A DNA stretch of 64,000 bases from a virus: IMG/VR virus record IMGVR_UViG_3300021599_002733; one strand, 5' to 3'. Both the position numbers and the translations under genes were made by a program. This document shows, piece by piece, positions 1-8,739 of the stretch. The notes below the pieces were generated by a model. It ran no database searches and was not told the DNA's origin. It saw only the letters and a list, made by a program, of their open reading frames with translations. Every line of letters begins with the position of its first letter. The stretch's first letter is position 1.

Positions 1-46
1 ATTTTTATTTTATTATAAATATTGTTTTTTCTGTTAAAAACTATTT

Positions 47-1771
47 TTACCCAAAAGAAACTCCAGTTGGTAATATATTGAAATCCAAGTAAATGAATTC
101 TGATGTTTTAGTTGGTTGTAAATAAATAGCACCTATCAATTGGTTATTGTCTATTGTTGTAGGTGTATTGTTTGTCTCATCCATAACTACTCTAAATGCA
201 TATAAACCGTTTCTTTGTTGAACTGATGATAAATATGGGTTAACTTGGAGTAAGAAGTTGTTACGCGTTGCAACTGTGTTTTGTTCAAATACAAGTGTAT
301 CTGCAATTTGTGTAATGTAGTTTTTAAGTTCAATTAATAAACGTCTAACGTTTACACGATCGAGTGCACTTGCTTTCTTTTGTAGTGTTTTTTGTCCAAA
401 TACTACAACTCCAACATTTGGAAATGTTGCAATTGGGTTTACATTTGCTTCATATAACGTGTCTCTGTTTCCTTGAGTTAAATATCTTTCAGCCATTATT
501 ACTGTAGGCATTAAACCACGTGTTGTTCCAGCAGGTGCAAACCATGCTTCAGCAGCATTATCGTTAAATGCATATACACCAGGAATCATTGTTGAAGCAG
601 GTACCCATACTTGTTGACCTGTTCCCGGATCAATTGTACGAACCCAAGGCCAATATGCAGCAGCATATGAAGAATCTATACCAGATGCTTCTAAAGCAAC
701 AGATGATACTTGAGATCCGTATGATTTAAGATCAAATACCAACATTGAATTTCCATTATTACTGCAAACAGAATCTAAAAGACTAATAGTTGAAGTATGA
801 GATGAAAAATCATATATTAACCCAGGTACTGTGATAAAATTAAATTTATATGCATCTTTGTTAGAGAGCAAATAAATAGAATCGGTGTATTCTGATGCTG
901 GGATACCTTGTGGTAATGAATCACTAATATTTTCATAGTAATTACCTGTACCGTTTGGTAGGTTAGAACCAAATGCAGCTCCAAATGTTCCGCTAGCGGC
1001 AGTTGGAATAGATGCTGTGTATTGTGGTTTTGGGTTACCTGAATTATCTAGGTAATTTGGTGTGGTAATGTTAACTTGTTTTACTCTAACATAGCTTGAA
1101 GCATTTCTGTAACTTCCAGATAATTGGATATAGAATTCCCCACTATCAGAGGCTACATTTTCAGCTTGGTTACCAATTACTTTCTCTATGTAGTTTGAAG
1201 ATAATGGATCTAAAGATAATGGGCCCCATGATTCTAGAATAGAAGGGGAGTTTGTTGAATCGTTTCCTCGTCTAATCAACAATGAAAATGTTCCGGTGTT
1301 GATATTTGGAGAAACAATTTGCCATCTAAAGTTATCTGCTGATCCTGAAGGTAAAGTACCATCTGCGTTTAGAGGGCTAGTGCTGTTCATGATTTGTCCT
1401 TCAGATAATGTCTCTAGAACAAATACACTGTTTAAAGAACCCGAATCAGGGATAAATGAAGAAGTAGCAGGACTCCAATGAGTACTACCACTTACTACTC
1501 TAGTTACAAGCAATGAAGCACCTCCATTCTGGAAGTAGTTGTATGCTGAAATTGATGTGAAGTATGAGTAGGTTTGGCTACCACTTAAGAATGTATCTCC
1601 ATATTTGTTTAAATATTCACTATATGTTGTTACAATAGTTGGGATTCCTACAGGTCCTTTAACTGTAGGTCCTATAATTGCTGCTCCAGCTTGTACAGGT
1701 TGTGTTGTAACAAACGATTGATCGTTTTCAATTGCTAAAACTCCTGGGGATATTAATATTTCTTGTGGCAT
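47..1771 (-). CDS. Contractile tail sheath protein (T4 gp18-like)
   Basis: N-terminal SPGVLAIEND..GPTVKGP; C-terminal YWPW, WFAPAG..RG, LYEANVNPI, FGQKT, RVNVRRLL, FEQN, PTKTSEFI sheath motifs. Confidence 0.96.
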   Translation of the reverse strand: MPQEILISPGVLAIENDQSFVTTQPVQAGAAIIGPTVKGPVGIPTIVTTYSEYLNKYGDTFLSGSQTYSYFTSISAYNYFQNGGASLLVTRVVSGSTHWSPATSSFIPDSGSLNSVFVLETLSEGQIMNSTSPLNADGTLPSGSADNFRWQIVSPNINTGTFSLLIRRGNDSTNSPSILESWGPLSLDPLSSNYIEKVIGNQAENVASDSGEFYIQLSGSYRNASSYVRVKQVNITTPNYLDNSGNPKPQYTASIPTAASGTFGAAFGSNLPNGTGNYYENISDSLPQGIPASEYTDSIYLLSNKDAYKFNFITVPGLIYDFSSHTSTISLLDSVCSNNGNSMLVFDLKSYGSQVSSVALEASGIDSSYAAAYWPWVRTIDPGTGQQVWVPASTMIPGVYAFNDNAAEAWFAPAGTTRGLMPTVIMAERYLTQGNRDTLYEANVNPIATFPNVGVVVFGQKTLQKKASALDRVNVRRLLIELKNYITQIADTLVFEQNTVATRNNFLLQVNPYLSSVQQRNGLYAFRVVMDETNNTPTTIDNNQLIGAIYLQPTKTSEFIYLDFNILPTGVSFG

Positions 1772-1791
1772 TTGCTATTTAGTTATAAATA

Positions 1792-2055
1792 TTATAGAGA
1801 TGATGTAATTTCACCTGTTTGTGGGTTGAGATTAACTCTCCCATATTTTTCAAATACGAGTTGAGTGAAATCTTGTTCTTTTTGAGATACTTCGGATAAA
1901 AAAGCTTTGGCTTTTTCTCGTCGTTCTTCAAGTTGGAACTTGATCAGTTCAATTTCACCTAGCTCATTGATTAGAGCTTGTGTTTCTTGTTGGATTGTGT
2001 TTAGTGTTTGTAACTCTTCTTGGGTTAAAACTTTGTTTTCTGTAACTGTTTCCAT
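1792..2055 (-). CDS. Small coiled-coil hypothetical protein (possible fibre assembly chaperone)
   Basis: 87 aa, heptad-rich, KYGRVNLNPQTGEI tail, directly downstream of a fibre gene. Confidence 0.6.
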   Translation of the reverse strand: METVTENKVLTQEELQTLNTIQQETQALINELGEIELIKFQLEERREKAKAFLSEVSQKEQDFTQLVFEKYGRVNLNPQTGEITSSL

Positions 2056-2065
2056 TTTATTTGTT

Positions 2066-4165
2066 TTATAGGGTTAATTTACGCCAAGCACTTCCGCTTC
2101 CAAAATAAAAATCTCCACTTGAAGAGAATGCAATAGCACCATTTGTAACTGTTGGGAGAGGGGAAGTTGGTTCAATAGTTAATAAATCTCTAGTATAAAG
2201 TGATCCTGTTATACCCGCTGTTACATTTAATGAGCCAGTTATTGTAGTATTACCGTTAACATCTAGTTTTGTGTTTGGGGTTGCAGTTCCTATACCAACA
2301 TTACCTGACCCTGATATTCGCATACGTTCTACGCCGGCGGTTAAAAACGCCATACTGTCATCGGTATTATTATAATTTACCAATCCGTAATTACCTGTGG
2401 CTAATCCTTTTGAAAATAATACCCCAGCATTAGATGCAGTGGATGCGGCTAATTCTAAATAATTTTGTCCAGCTATATTCTCAGAATATACTACAGTCCC
2501 AACACCTCCACGTTTTGCAGTAGCTGAAGCAGATCCGGATTTGATATGTAATAATGCTAACGATGATGTAATACCAATACCGACGTTACCTGCGGCATCA
2601 ATTATAAATGGCGTTGCATCTGGATTTGTGGAATCTTCAACTAGGAATGATGCTGATGTTGAGGTATTATTTACATGGAATTTAGCATTAACTTCAGTAG
2701 GAAGACTTACTCCGACCCCAACATTTCCATTAGCTTGTATTGACATACGGATTAAATTTTCCGTTGCAAATAACATTCTGCCTCCTATGGGTTGGTTAAA
2801 TAATCTTAAATCTGTTGACCCAGAACTGCTGTATCCTAAATATCCAAATCGAGTTCCACCACTTTGAGGATAGAATTCTTGGAACATGTGATCTGTTCCT
2901 TCAAGTCTTAATATAGCAGGACCTCCGGAAACATGTAATTTAACGGAGGGTGTAGTTGTTCCTATACCAACGTTACCAGAAGCATCAATAACAAATGGTG
3001 TTGTATCTGGATTGGTTGAATCTTCTACTAAGAATGAGTTGCGTGTACCAACATTTGTTACATGAAGTGTTGCACTTCCGCTTTCAAGTGGACTAACTCT
3101 AGGATTTCCTATCAATACTTGACTGGCAGATGTAATATACATAGCCTGCGATATATTGTTAACAACAAAAGCAATACCAGCTGCCGTTCCTGCATTTAAT
3201 CCTAGATTTCCATTGGAATTTAAGTTAATAATATTTCCGGAGCCCGGAGATATGAATGTTGTAGAAAAAGTTTGCGAACCAGATGTTATGTTTAAACTTC
3301 CAGATGATATATTTAAACTACCTGTTATTCCGTATGATCCACTTAATTGATTGGTATGTTCCCATACTCCAAAAGAGCCACTTTGTTTATATACCCAAAG
3401 ATCTCCATAACTGTAAGATCCTGATTTGTATACAGAACTTAAATCTGAAAAATCAAGTGGTTGTTGTACAGCAACATATATAACACCACTTGTTCCAGGG
3501 GATGCTTTCACACATACACCTACAGGAATAATTTCATAGGGTGCTGAAGGGGCTGTATTTTGTAAGGCACCTGATGAGCCTGTTCCTACAAAAAGTGTAT
3601 CACCATCGTTAAATACATTTGTGTTTAATCCTCGAACTAGACCTTGTGTTGTTACATATCCAAAACTACTATCTTCAATAGTGTGAGTTGCAACACCTAA
3701 TATTTGGGTATCTACATTTATACTACCTGATTTGGCTATAGATTGTGCTCTTTCTATTGTAGGGGCATCACCTTGTGATCCTATAATTCTTACAACAGTA
3801 CCATTTGTTACGGTTGTTCCCGTATTGTTTCTAACACGGGTCCAGTTTTCCTGTCCTACTTGTAATGTTACATCTGCTTCAGCATTATATACCGATAATG
3901 CTCCATCTACATTATCCCAAAACACACGACCTGATTTCCAAGCAGGTACAGCTGAGCCTGTATTAAAATCAATATAATCCACATTATTTATGGATCCAGA
4001 CATTTGTAGGTTATTGGAATATGAAGCTGTTAGGGCATAGCTAGAGGAAATTGCGTTTAGAGCATATGATGCTGTTCCATGTAAAGATCCTGTTATGCTT
4101 GGAGCATATAATGAGTTTAATTCTGCATCACTACCTGAGGTGATGACTTTTTTCCAACTTGGCAT
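2066..4165 (-). CDS. Tail fibre segment with GNVGIGT repeats
   Basis: Four GNVG(I/V)G units, duplicated SFLVEDSTNPD.TPF.IDA.GNVGIG block, Ser/Gly/Thr-rich. Confidence 0.85.
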   Translation of the reverse strand: MPSWKKVITSGSDAELNSLYAPSITGSLHGTASYALNAISSSYALTASYSNNLQMSGSINNVDYIDFNTGSAVPAWKSGRVFWDNVDGALSVYNAEADVTLQVGQENWTRVRNNTGTTVTNGTVVRIIGSQGDAPTIERAQSIAKSGSINVDTQILGVATHTIEDSSFGYVTTQGLVRGLNTNVFNDGDTLFVGTGSSGALQNTAPSAPYEIIPVGVCVKASPGTSGVIYVAVQQPLDFSDLSSVYKSGSYSYGDLWVYKQSGSFGVWEHTNQLSGSYGITGSLNISSGSLNITSGSQTFSTTFISPGSGNIINLNSNGNLGLNAGTAAGIAFVVNNISQAMYITSASQVLIGNPRVSPLESGSATLHVTNVGTRNSFLVEDSTNPDTTPFVIDASGNVGIGTTTPSVKLHVSGGPAILRLEGTDHMFQEFYPQSGGTRFGYLGYSSSGSTDLRLFNQPIGGRMLFATENLIRMSIQANGNVGVGVSLPTEVNAKFHVNNTSTSASFLVEDSTNPDATPFIIDAAGNVGIGITSSLALLHIKSGSASATAKRGGVGTVVYSENIAGQNYLELAASTASNAGVLFSKGLATGNYGLVNYNNTDDSMAFLTAGVERMRISGSGNVGIGTATPNTKLDVNGNTTITGSLNVTAGITGSLYTRDLLTIEPTSPLPTVTNGAIAFSSSGDFYFGSGSAWRKLTL

Positions 4166-4180
4166 ATTATTTTAGTTTTT

Positions 4181-4244
4181 TTATTGTGGTTAGATACATA
4201 CACTCATGCCGTGTATATGCCTACTTCCTTACGGCCAACAATAG
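4181..4244 (-). ncRNA. Putative structured 5' leader (three-way junction) upstream of the fibre gene
   Basis: Minus strand: TATTG(T)TGG/CCACAATA closing stem, CC-GTAA-GG GNRA hairpin, 13-position stem TAGGCATATACAC/GTGTATGTATCTA; GC-rich relative to flanks. Confidence 0.5.
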
Positions 4245-4258
4245 TTTTGTTATAAATA

Positions 4259-5077
4259 TTATATATATCGGAACTCTTTAAAGAACCAATCGTATTTTGA
4301 TTTGATAAAATTGCATGTTTGACTTCCTAGTACTTCTTTGTATGTATTTTGTACTGGTTCTACTTTTTGTCTGATGTTGTGGTCACCATATATTCCATAC
4401 ACTTCATCATCCTCTACTGTAAGTTGTTCTACATTGTCAAAGTCGTGTTGGTATGTTGAAATATTTAAATATCCATAAATTTTATCCATAGTTTGTTGTG
4501 GGTTGGATGTTAAATCTTCAAATTTTACAAACAATACCTTTTCCCCTATTCCCTCATGCAACATTTGTTGGATGCGCTCAAATGCTAATCCAACAGGAGG
4601 TGTTGAAGACCATGTTTCTACACGTTTTTGTGTAGTTGTGTTTTGCATTTTTGAATGGTTAACAAAACCAGGATCTTTGTCAGGATTCTTTCTATAGTTT
4701 TTTTCCATAGAAGCATATATAGCTCTAGGATCCCGGACCATACATACAATTTTAGGTTCTGGGTAAAATGAGTTTAAGAATCCATAATGTATTCCCCATC
4801 CTCTTGACTTATCCATTACATATAGTTTGTTTGTGATTCCGTTGAAGAATCCAGACAATGCATATACGCAAAACGATTGGAATCCACGACGCATCAATTC
4901 ACTATCTTGTGCTTTGAATTCGGGTGATGAACTATAGTTTGCTCTAGCAGCATATAATAGCTCTAAAACACCTGAAGTTGGTGTAACATAAAAGTCTGGG
5001 TTTTGTCCTATAATGTTTTGTAATAGAGTGGATCCTGCTCTTGGGAGAGAGGATTGGAAAAATATCTGTTTTGGCAT
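4259..5077 (-). CDS. Sulfotransferase (Sulfotransfer_3 type, RaxST-like)
   Basis: 5'-PSB loop SLPRAGSTLL, 3'-PB motif VRDPRAIYAS, DKSRGW, FEDLTSNP, HDFDNV. Confidence 0.9.
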   Translation of the reverse strand: MPKQIFFQSSLPRAGSTLLQNIIGQNPDFYVTPTSGVLELLYAARANYSSSPEFKAQDSELMRRGFQSFCVYALSGFFNGITNKLYVMDKSRGWGIHYGFLNSFYPEPKIVCMVRDPRAIYASMEKNYRKNPDKDPGFVNHSKMQNTTTQKRVETWSSTPPVGLAFERIQQMLHEGIGEKVLFVKFEDLTSNPQQTMDKIYGYLNISTYQHDFDNVEQLTVEDDEVYGIYGDHNIRQKVEPVQNTYKEVLGSQTCNFIKSKYDWFFKEFRYI

Positions 5078-5079
5078 AA

Positions 5080-5241
5080 CTATTTTTTGGATGGTTTTGG
5101 AGGACTTTGAGAGAGTTCTTGTAGTTGTTGTTCTATTTTGATTTGCAGTTGAGCCAAAAATTGAGCATCTGCTCCCTTGATAGTAATGGAATCCAACCCT
5201 GCTCGTAAAAGTTGGAATTCGGGTAAAGAAAATTCAATCAT
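5080..5241 (-). CDS. 53-aa protein missing from the ORF track, paralog of the adjacent 60-aa ORF
   Basis: Hand translation MIEFSLPEFQLLRAGLDSITIKGADAQFLAQLQIKIEQQLQELSQSPPKPSKK; ATGA overlap with the upstream stop; fills the gap exactly. Confidence 0.8.
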   Translation of the reverse strand: MIEFSLPEFQLLRAGLDSITIKGADAQFLAQLQIKIEQQLQELSQSPPKPSKK

Positions 5242-5420
5242 TTGTTTAAATATTGTTGTTGTAGTTTATATGCTATATTGTAGAGTATCTCTACATGTTC
5301 CCCTTTAAAGGTGGATTCTTTTAGCAGCAACAATATAAATTCAATTTCGTGCTTCTCCAAGGAAAAATCCCCTTCCTTTTGAGAAGGGGATTCTTGGTTG
5401 ATTTTGTCTAATATACTCAT
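5238..5420 (-). CDS. 60-aa hypothetical protein
   Basis: Tightly packed in the operon; shares FSL..E...T(F/I)KG...L....K.(Q/E)QQ pattern with 5080..5241. Confidence 0.75.
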   Translation of the reverse strand: MSILDKINQESPSQKEGDFSLEKHEIEFILLLLKESTFKGEHVEILYNIAYKLQQQYLNK

Positions 5421-5438
5421 AACTTTTTAAATATTCTA

Positions 5439-8258
5439 TTAAGCGTAGATATAAATATCACTTCCAGATACTCTGATGTTTCCGTTTTTCTGGTATTTTG
5501 CTATATCTGATTGACCACCGTCTACATCTACTACAGCTGCAATGTATGCTTCTGGTGCGTAGCTAGTGGAAGTAGCATTGAACGATCCTGTGAATCCCCA
5601 ACGTTGTACTCCACTGTCATATCCATATAGCTCACCTATATTTTGGGTTCCTTGTTGAACTACAATACCACCATCTCCTGTTGCATTTGAGCCAGAAGCA
5701 AACAATACGAATCTATCTGCCACTAACAGATTTTCTGCGTTTTGGAAAGATGCTGTACCTTGTACTGTAATATCTCCTTGGAATAAAGCGTCTGTTGAAA
5801 AAGTAACTAACGTTCCATCATCCGTAATGCTAGTGTTTGCAAATGCATCTCCTGTCCACTTTGTAAGTGTGTTTGAGCTTAAAGCAGAAGCACCCGATAC
5901 TTCAACTGTTACGTTTGAGGTACCATTGTATGTGAATGTTGAGATACCTGTTCCGTTTGACGCTGAACTTGCTAGGTATGAAGCAGATATTCCTGTTAAT
6001 CCACTACCATCTCCTACAAACGAACCTGTAAATATAGAACCAGTTACTGGTTGGTTAAATGTGATGCTTTGTGAGTTGAATAAAGCTAAATCGCTTCTGT
6101 TTGCATCATCTACACCGTTACCAATTACTACTAGCGAATCTAGATTGTTGTGGGTGTTGTATTTACCCGCTGCTAATTGACCAGAACCAGATGCGATAGT
6201 GTGTAAACCTTCAGCGTGTGATACAGGACCATATGCAACTGTACTTTCACCTTCAGCGTGAGAATAATCACCTAATGCTATTGATGTATCACCTTCTGCG
6301 TGTGAAAATGAACCAGATGCTATTGTACCAGAACCTTCAGCATGTGAATAATTACCGGATGCTGTTGTTCCTTGTCCTTCAGCATGTGAATAATTACCGG
6401 ATGCTGTTGTTCCTTGTCCTTCAGCGTGTGAACTATAACCAGATGCTGTTGTACTAAGACCTTCTGCATGGGAATAATTGCCGGATGCTGTTGTTCCTTG
6501 TCCTTCAGCGTGTGAGTATGAACCAGATGCTGTTGTACTACTACCTTCTGCATGGGAATAATTGCCTGATGCTGTTGTGGTATTACCTTCAGCGTGTGAA
6601 TAATTACCGGATGCTGTTGTGGTATTACCTTCAGCGTGTGAATAATCACCGGATGCTGTTGTAGTACTACCTTCTGCGTGTGAACCAATTGCAGATGCTA
6701 CCGTTTGGTAACCTTCAGCATGAGAGTATGAACCAGATGCTATAGTTAAATAACCTTCTGCGTGTGAATATAAACCAGATGCCGTTGCGTCTCTACCTTC
6801 TGCGTGTGACCATGAACCAGATGCTATAGTTCCGTTACCTTCTGCGTGGGATGCATATCCGGATGCTGTTGTACCGTTACCTTCTGCGTGTGATGTATAC
6901 CCAGATGCTGTTGTACCACCACCTTCAGCATGAGAATAATTTCCAGATGCAGTTGTAGTATCACCTTCTGCGTGTGAATAATTTCCAGATGCTACTGTAT
7001 TAACGCCTTCTGCATGACTCCACGCTCCACTTGCAGTTACATTTAAACCATTTTCAAATCCACCATTTGCTCTAACATTCATTAAAGCGATAGATTCGGA
7101 AACTAGTGTAAATGAGTTTGAACCTACATCAACTGAACCTGTAACAGATCCTGTTGCAATTTGGTTAGATTCAAATGATTGTGTTGGTAAATTAGTTAAC
7201 CCACTACCATCACCTTGGAATGAACCGGAGAATGAACCGGAGAATAAACCATTTTCCCAATCTACTATTATATCTCCATTAGAATTATTTAATTGTCTAT
7301 TATCAACCCAAACAGCTCTACTACCGTTTAAATCAAATAATTCAAAACTAGATCCTGATTGGGCAAATACTATTTGAGAATTGTTATTATCTATACTAAC
7401 TTGCCACTGCTCAGTGATAAGATTAATATTGGAACCAGTTACATCCAATGATCCCGTTACTGAGATTCCATTATCAGCTCTTAACTCCATTGAATTATTT
7501 GTACTGTAATTGTCAACTTTTACATAAGTTGTATCATCACCTAAAAATAACCAACCGCCGCTTGCTGTAATGTGTGTATCTTGAGCAGCTGTATTATAGA
7601 TTTCTAAGTATCTAGCATCATTTGAATCAGGTTGTAGTTTTAAACTACCCGTACCTTTAATATTACCAGTTACAGTTAAAGATCCGCTCAAAACAGCATC
7701 ACCAGAAGAGGAGATGTTGAATAGATCAATTGAGCCACTTGAAACTGTAAATATATCGCCACTTAAATCATCTACTATGCTAAATAGAGCACCACTAGAG
7801 CCACTTACTTCAAATACTGTTGAACCTGAGTTGTACAAAGTAGTTAATCCAATTACCTCTAAGCTACCTGATATAATAGCAGACCCTGTGTATGGGAATG
7901 GAGATACGGAAGGTGCATATGAAGCAGATGTTGCTGTGTCCGCATATGAACTAGATAATGCATATGAACTTGATTCAGCATATGAAGCACTAGTTGATGT
8001 TTCAGCATATGAAGAGCTTGTAGCTGTTTCAGAGTATGAAGCACTTGTAGCTGTTTCAGCGTATGAAGCACTCGTTGCAGTGTTAGCATATGATGCTGAT
8101 GTTGCATATGATGCGGTACCTGTAAAATCTCCTATAAAGGAACCACTAAAGGAGCCTGTTAAATAAGCTCCATCTTGCCCTTGAATTAAATAATTTACGT
8201 CATTGTTGAGTTGCGATATATCACTACCCGAGACAACAACTTTTTTCCATTCTGCCAT
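5439..8258 (-). CDS. Tail fibre/adhesin segment with YadA-head-like 14-aa repeats
   Basis: 20 SHAEG..T.ASG repeats, ASYA repeats near the N-terminus, fibre-like C-terminus. Confidence 0.85.
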   Translation of the reverse strand: MAEWKKVVVSGSDISQLNNDVNYLIQGQDGAYLTGSFSGSFIGDFTGTASYATSASYANTATSASYAETATSASYSETATSSSYAETSTSASYAESSSYALSSSYADTATSASYAPSVSPFPYTGSAIISGSLEVIGLTTLYNSGSTVFEVSGSSGALFSIVDDLSGDIFTVSSGSIDLFNISSSGDAVLSGSLTVTGNIKGTGSLKLQPDSNDARYLEIYNTAAQDTHITASGGWLFLGDDTTYVKVDNYSTNNSMELRADNGISVTGSLDVTGSNINLITEQWQVSIDNNNSQIVFAQSGSSFELFDLNGSRAVWVDNRQLNNSNGDIIVDWENGLFSGSFSGSFQGDGSGLTNLPTQSFESNQIATGSVTGSVDVGSNSFTLVSESIALMNVRANGGFENGLNVTASGAWSHAEGVNTVASGNYSHAEGDTTTASGNYSHAEGGGTTASGYTSHAEGNGTTASGYASHAEGNGTIASGSWSHAEGRDATASGLYSHAEGYLTIASGSYSHAEGYQTVASAIGSHAEGSTTTASGDYSHAEGNTTTASGNYSHAEGNTTTASGNYSHAEGSSTTASGSYSHAEGQGTTASGNYSHAEGLSTTASGYSSHAEGQGTTASGNYSHAEGQGTTASGNYSHAEGSGTIASGSFSHAEGDTSIALGDYSHAEGESTVAYGPVSHAEGLHTIASGSGQLAAGKYNTHNNLDSLVVIGNGVDDANRSDLALFNSQSITFNQPVTGSIFTGSFVGDGSGLTGISASYLASSASNGTGISTFTYNGTSNVTVEVSGASALSSNTLTKWTGDAFANTSITDDGTLVTFSTDALFQGDITVQGTASFQNAENLLVADRFVLFASGSNATGDGGIVVQQGTQNIGELYGYDSGVQRWGFTGSFNATSTSYAPEAYIAAVVDVDGGQSDIAKYQKNGNIRVSGSDIYIYA
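6185..7040 (-). repeat. 42-nt coding tandem repeat (about 20 units, SHAEGxxTxASGxY)
   Basis: Directly visible; some neighbouring units are nucleotide-identical (about 6335-6425). Confidence 0.95.
7910..8120 (-). repeat. Short coding repeat (T/S)SASYA, 18- and 27-nt units
   Basis: TASYATSASYANTATSASYAETATSASYSETATSSSYAETSTSASYA... Confidence 0.9.
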
Positions 8259-8303
8259 TTTTTCTTTTTTTCTAGTTTATTAATATTCTATATGTTATAT
8301 ATA

Positions 8304-8708
8304 TTAATCAAGTCCTATATATAGCGCACCTGATGTGAAGTATATTGCACCATTTGGTGCCGGGTTTGTTAATGTTAGTGATTGTGTGGATAGTGTTACC
8401 ATACCACTTTGAGATACCGCTAAAACAGATGTTCCAACAGCATTTTTGATTAGAAACAAATCAGAAGCACTACCCGAAATTGTGGTTTGTCCTTGTGAAT
8501 CTACTTTTAAAAATGGAATGCTACCGGACGAGATCAAGAATACATTTGTTCCAATATTAAGTTGAGTTGATCCAGTTACAGTTAAAGATCCAGATATGGT
8601 AATGTCATATGCCTCTATACCAGTAAATGCATCCACAGATTGGGATACATGCCACGGTCTAACTACACCTAGGGATACAATGGATGATTTGTCGAGTATT
8701 TTTGCCAT
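8304..8708 (-). CDS. Short fibre-proximal/adaptor protein
   Basis: ISGSLTVTGS and FLISSGSI motifs shared with the neighbouring fibres; C-terminal NGAIYFTSGALYIG. Confidence 0.7.
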   Translation of the reverse strand: MAKILDKSSIVSLGVVRPWHVSQSVDAFTGIEAYDITISGSLTVTGSTQLNIGTNVFLISSGSIPFLKVDSQGQTTISGSASDLFLIKNAVGTSVLAVSQSGMVTLSTQSLTLTNPAPNGAIYFTSGALYIGLD

Positions 8709-8739
8709 CTGTTTTAGTTATAAGTATTTGTAAATCGCA

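Noticed and set aside
6185-7040. 42-nt repeat array as a CRISPR array or DGR template/variable pair
   Set aside because: Repeats are in-frame codons without unique spacers; no cas or reverse transcriptase gene; differences are not adenine-specific
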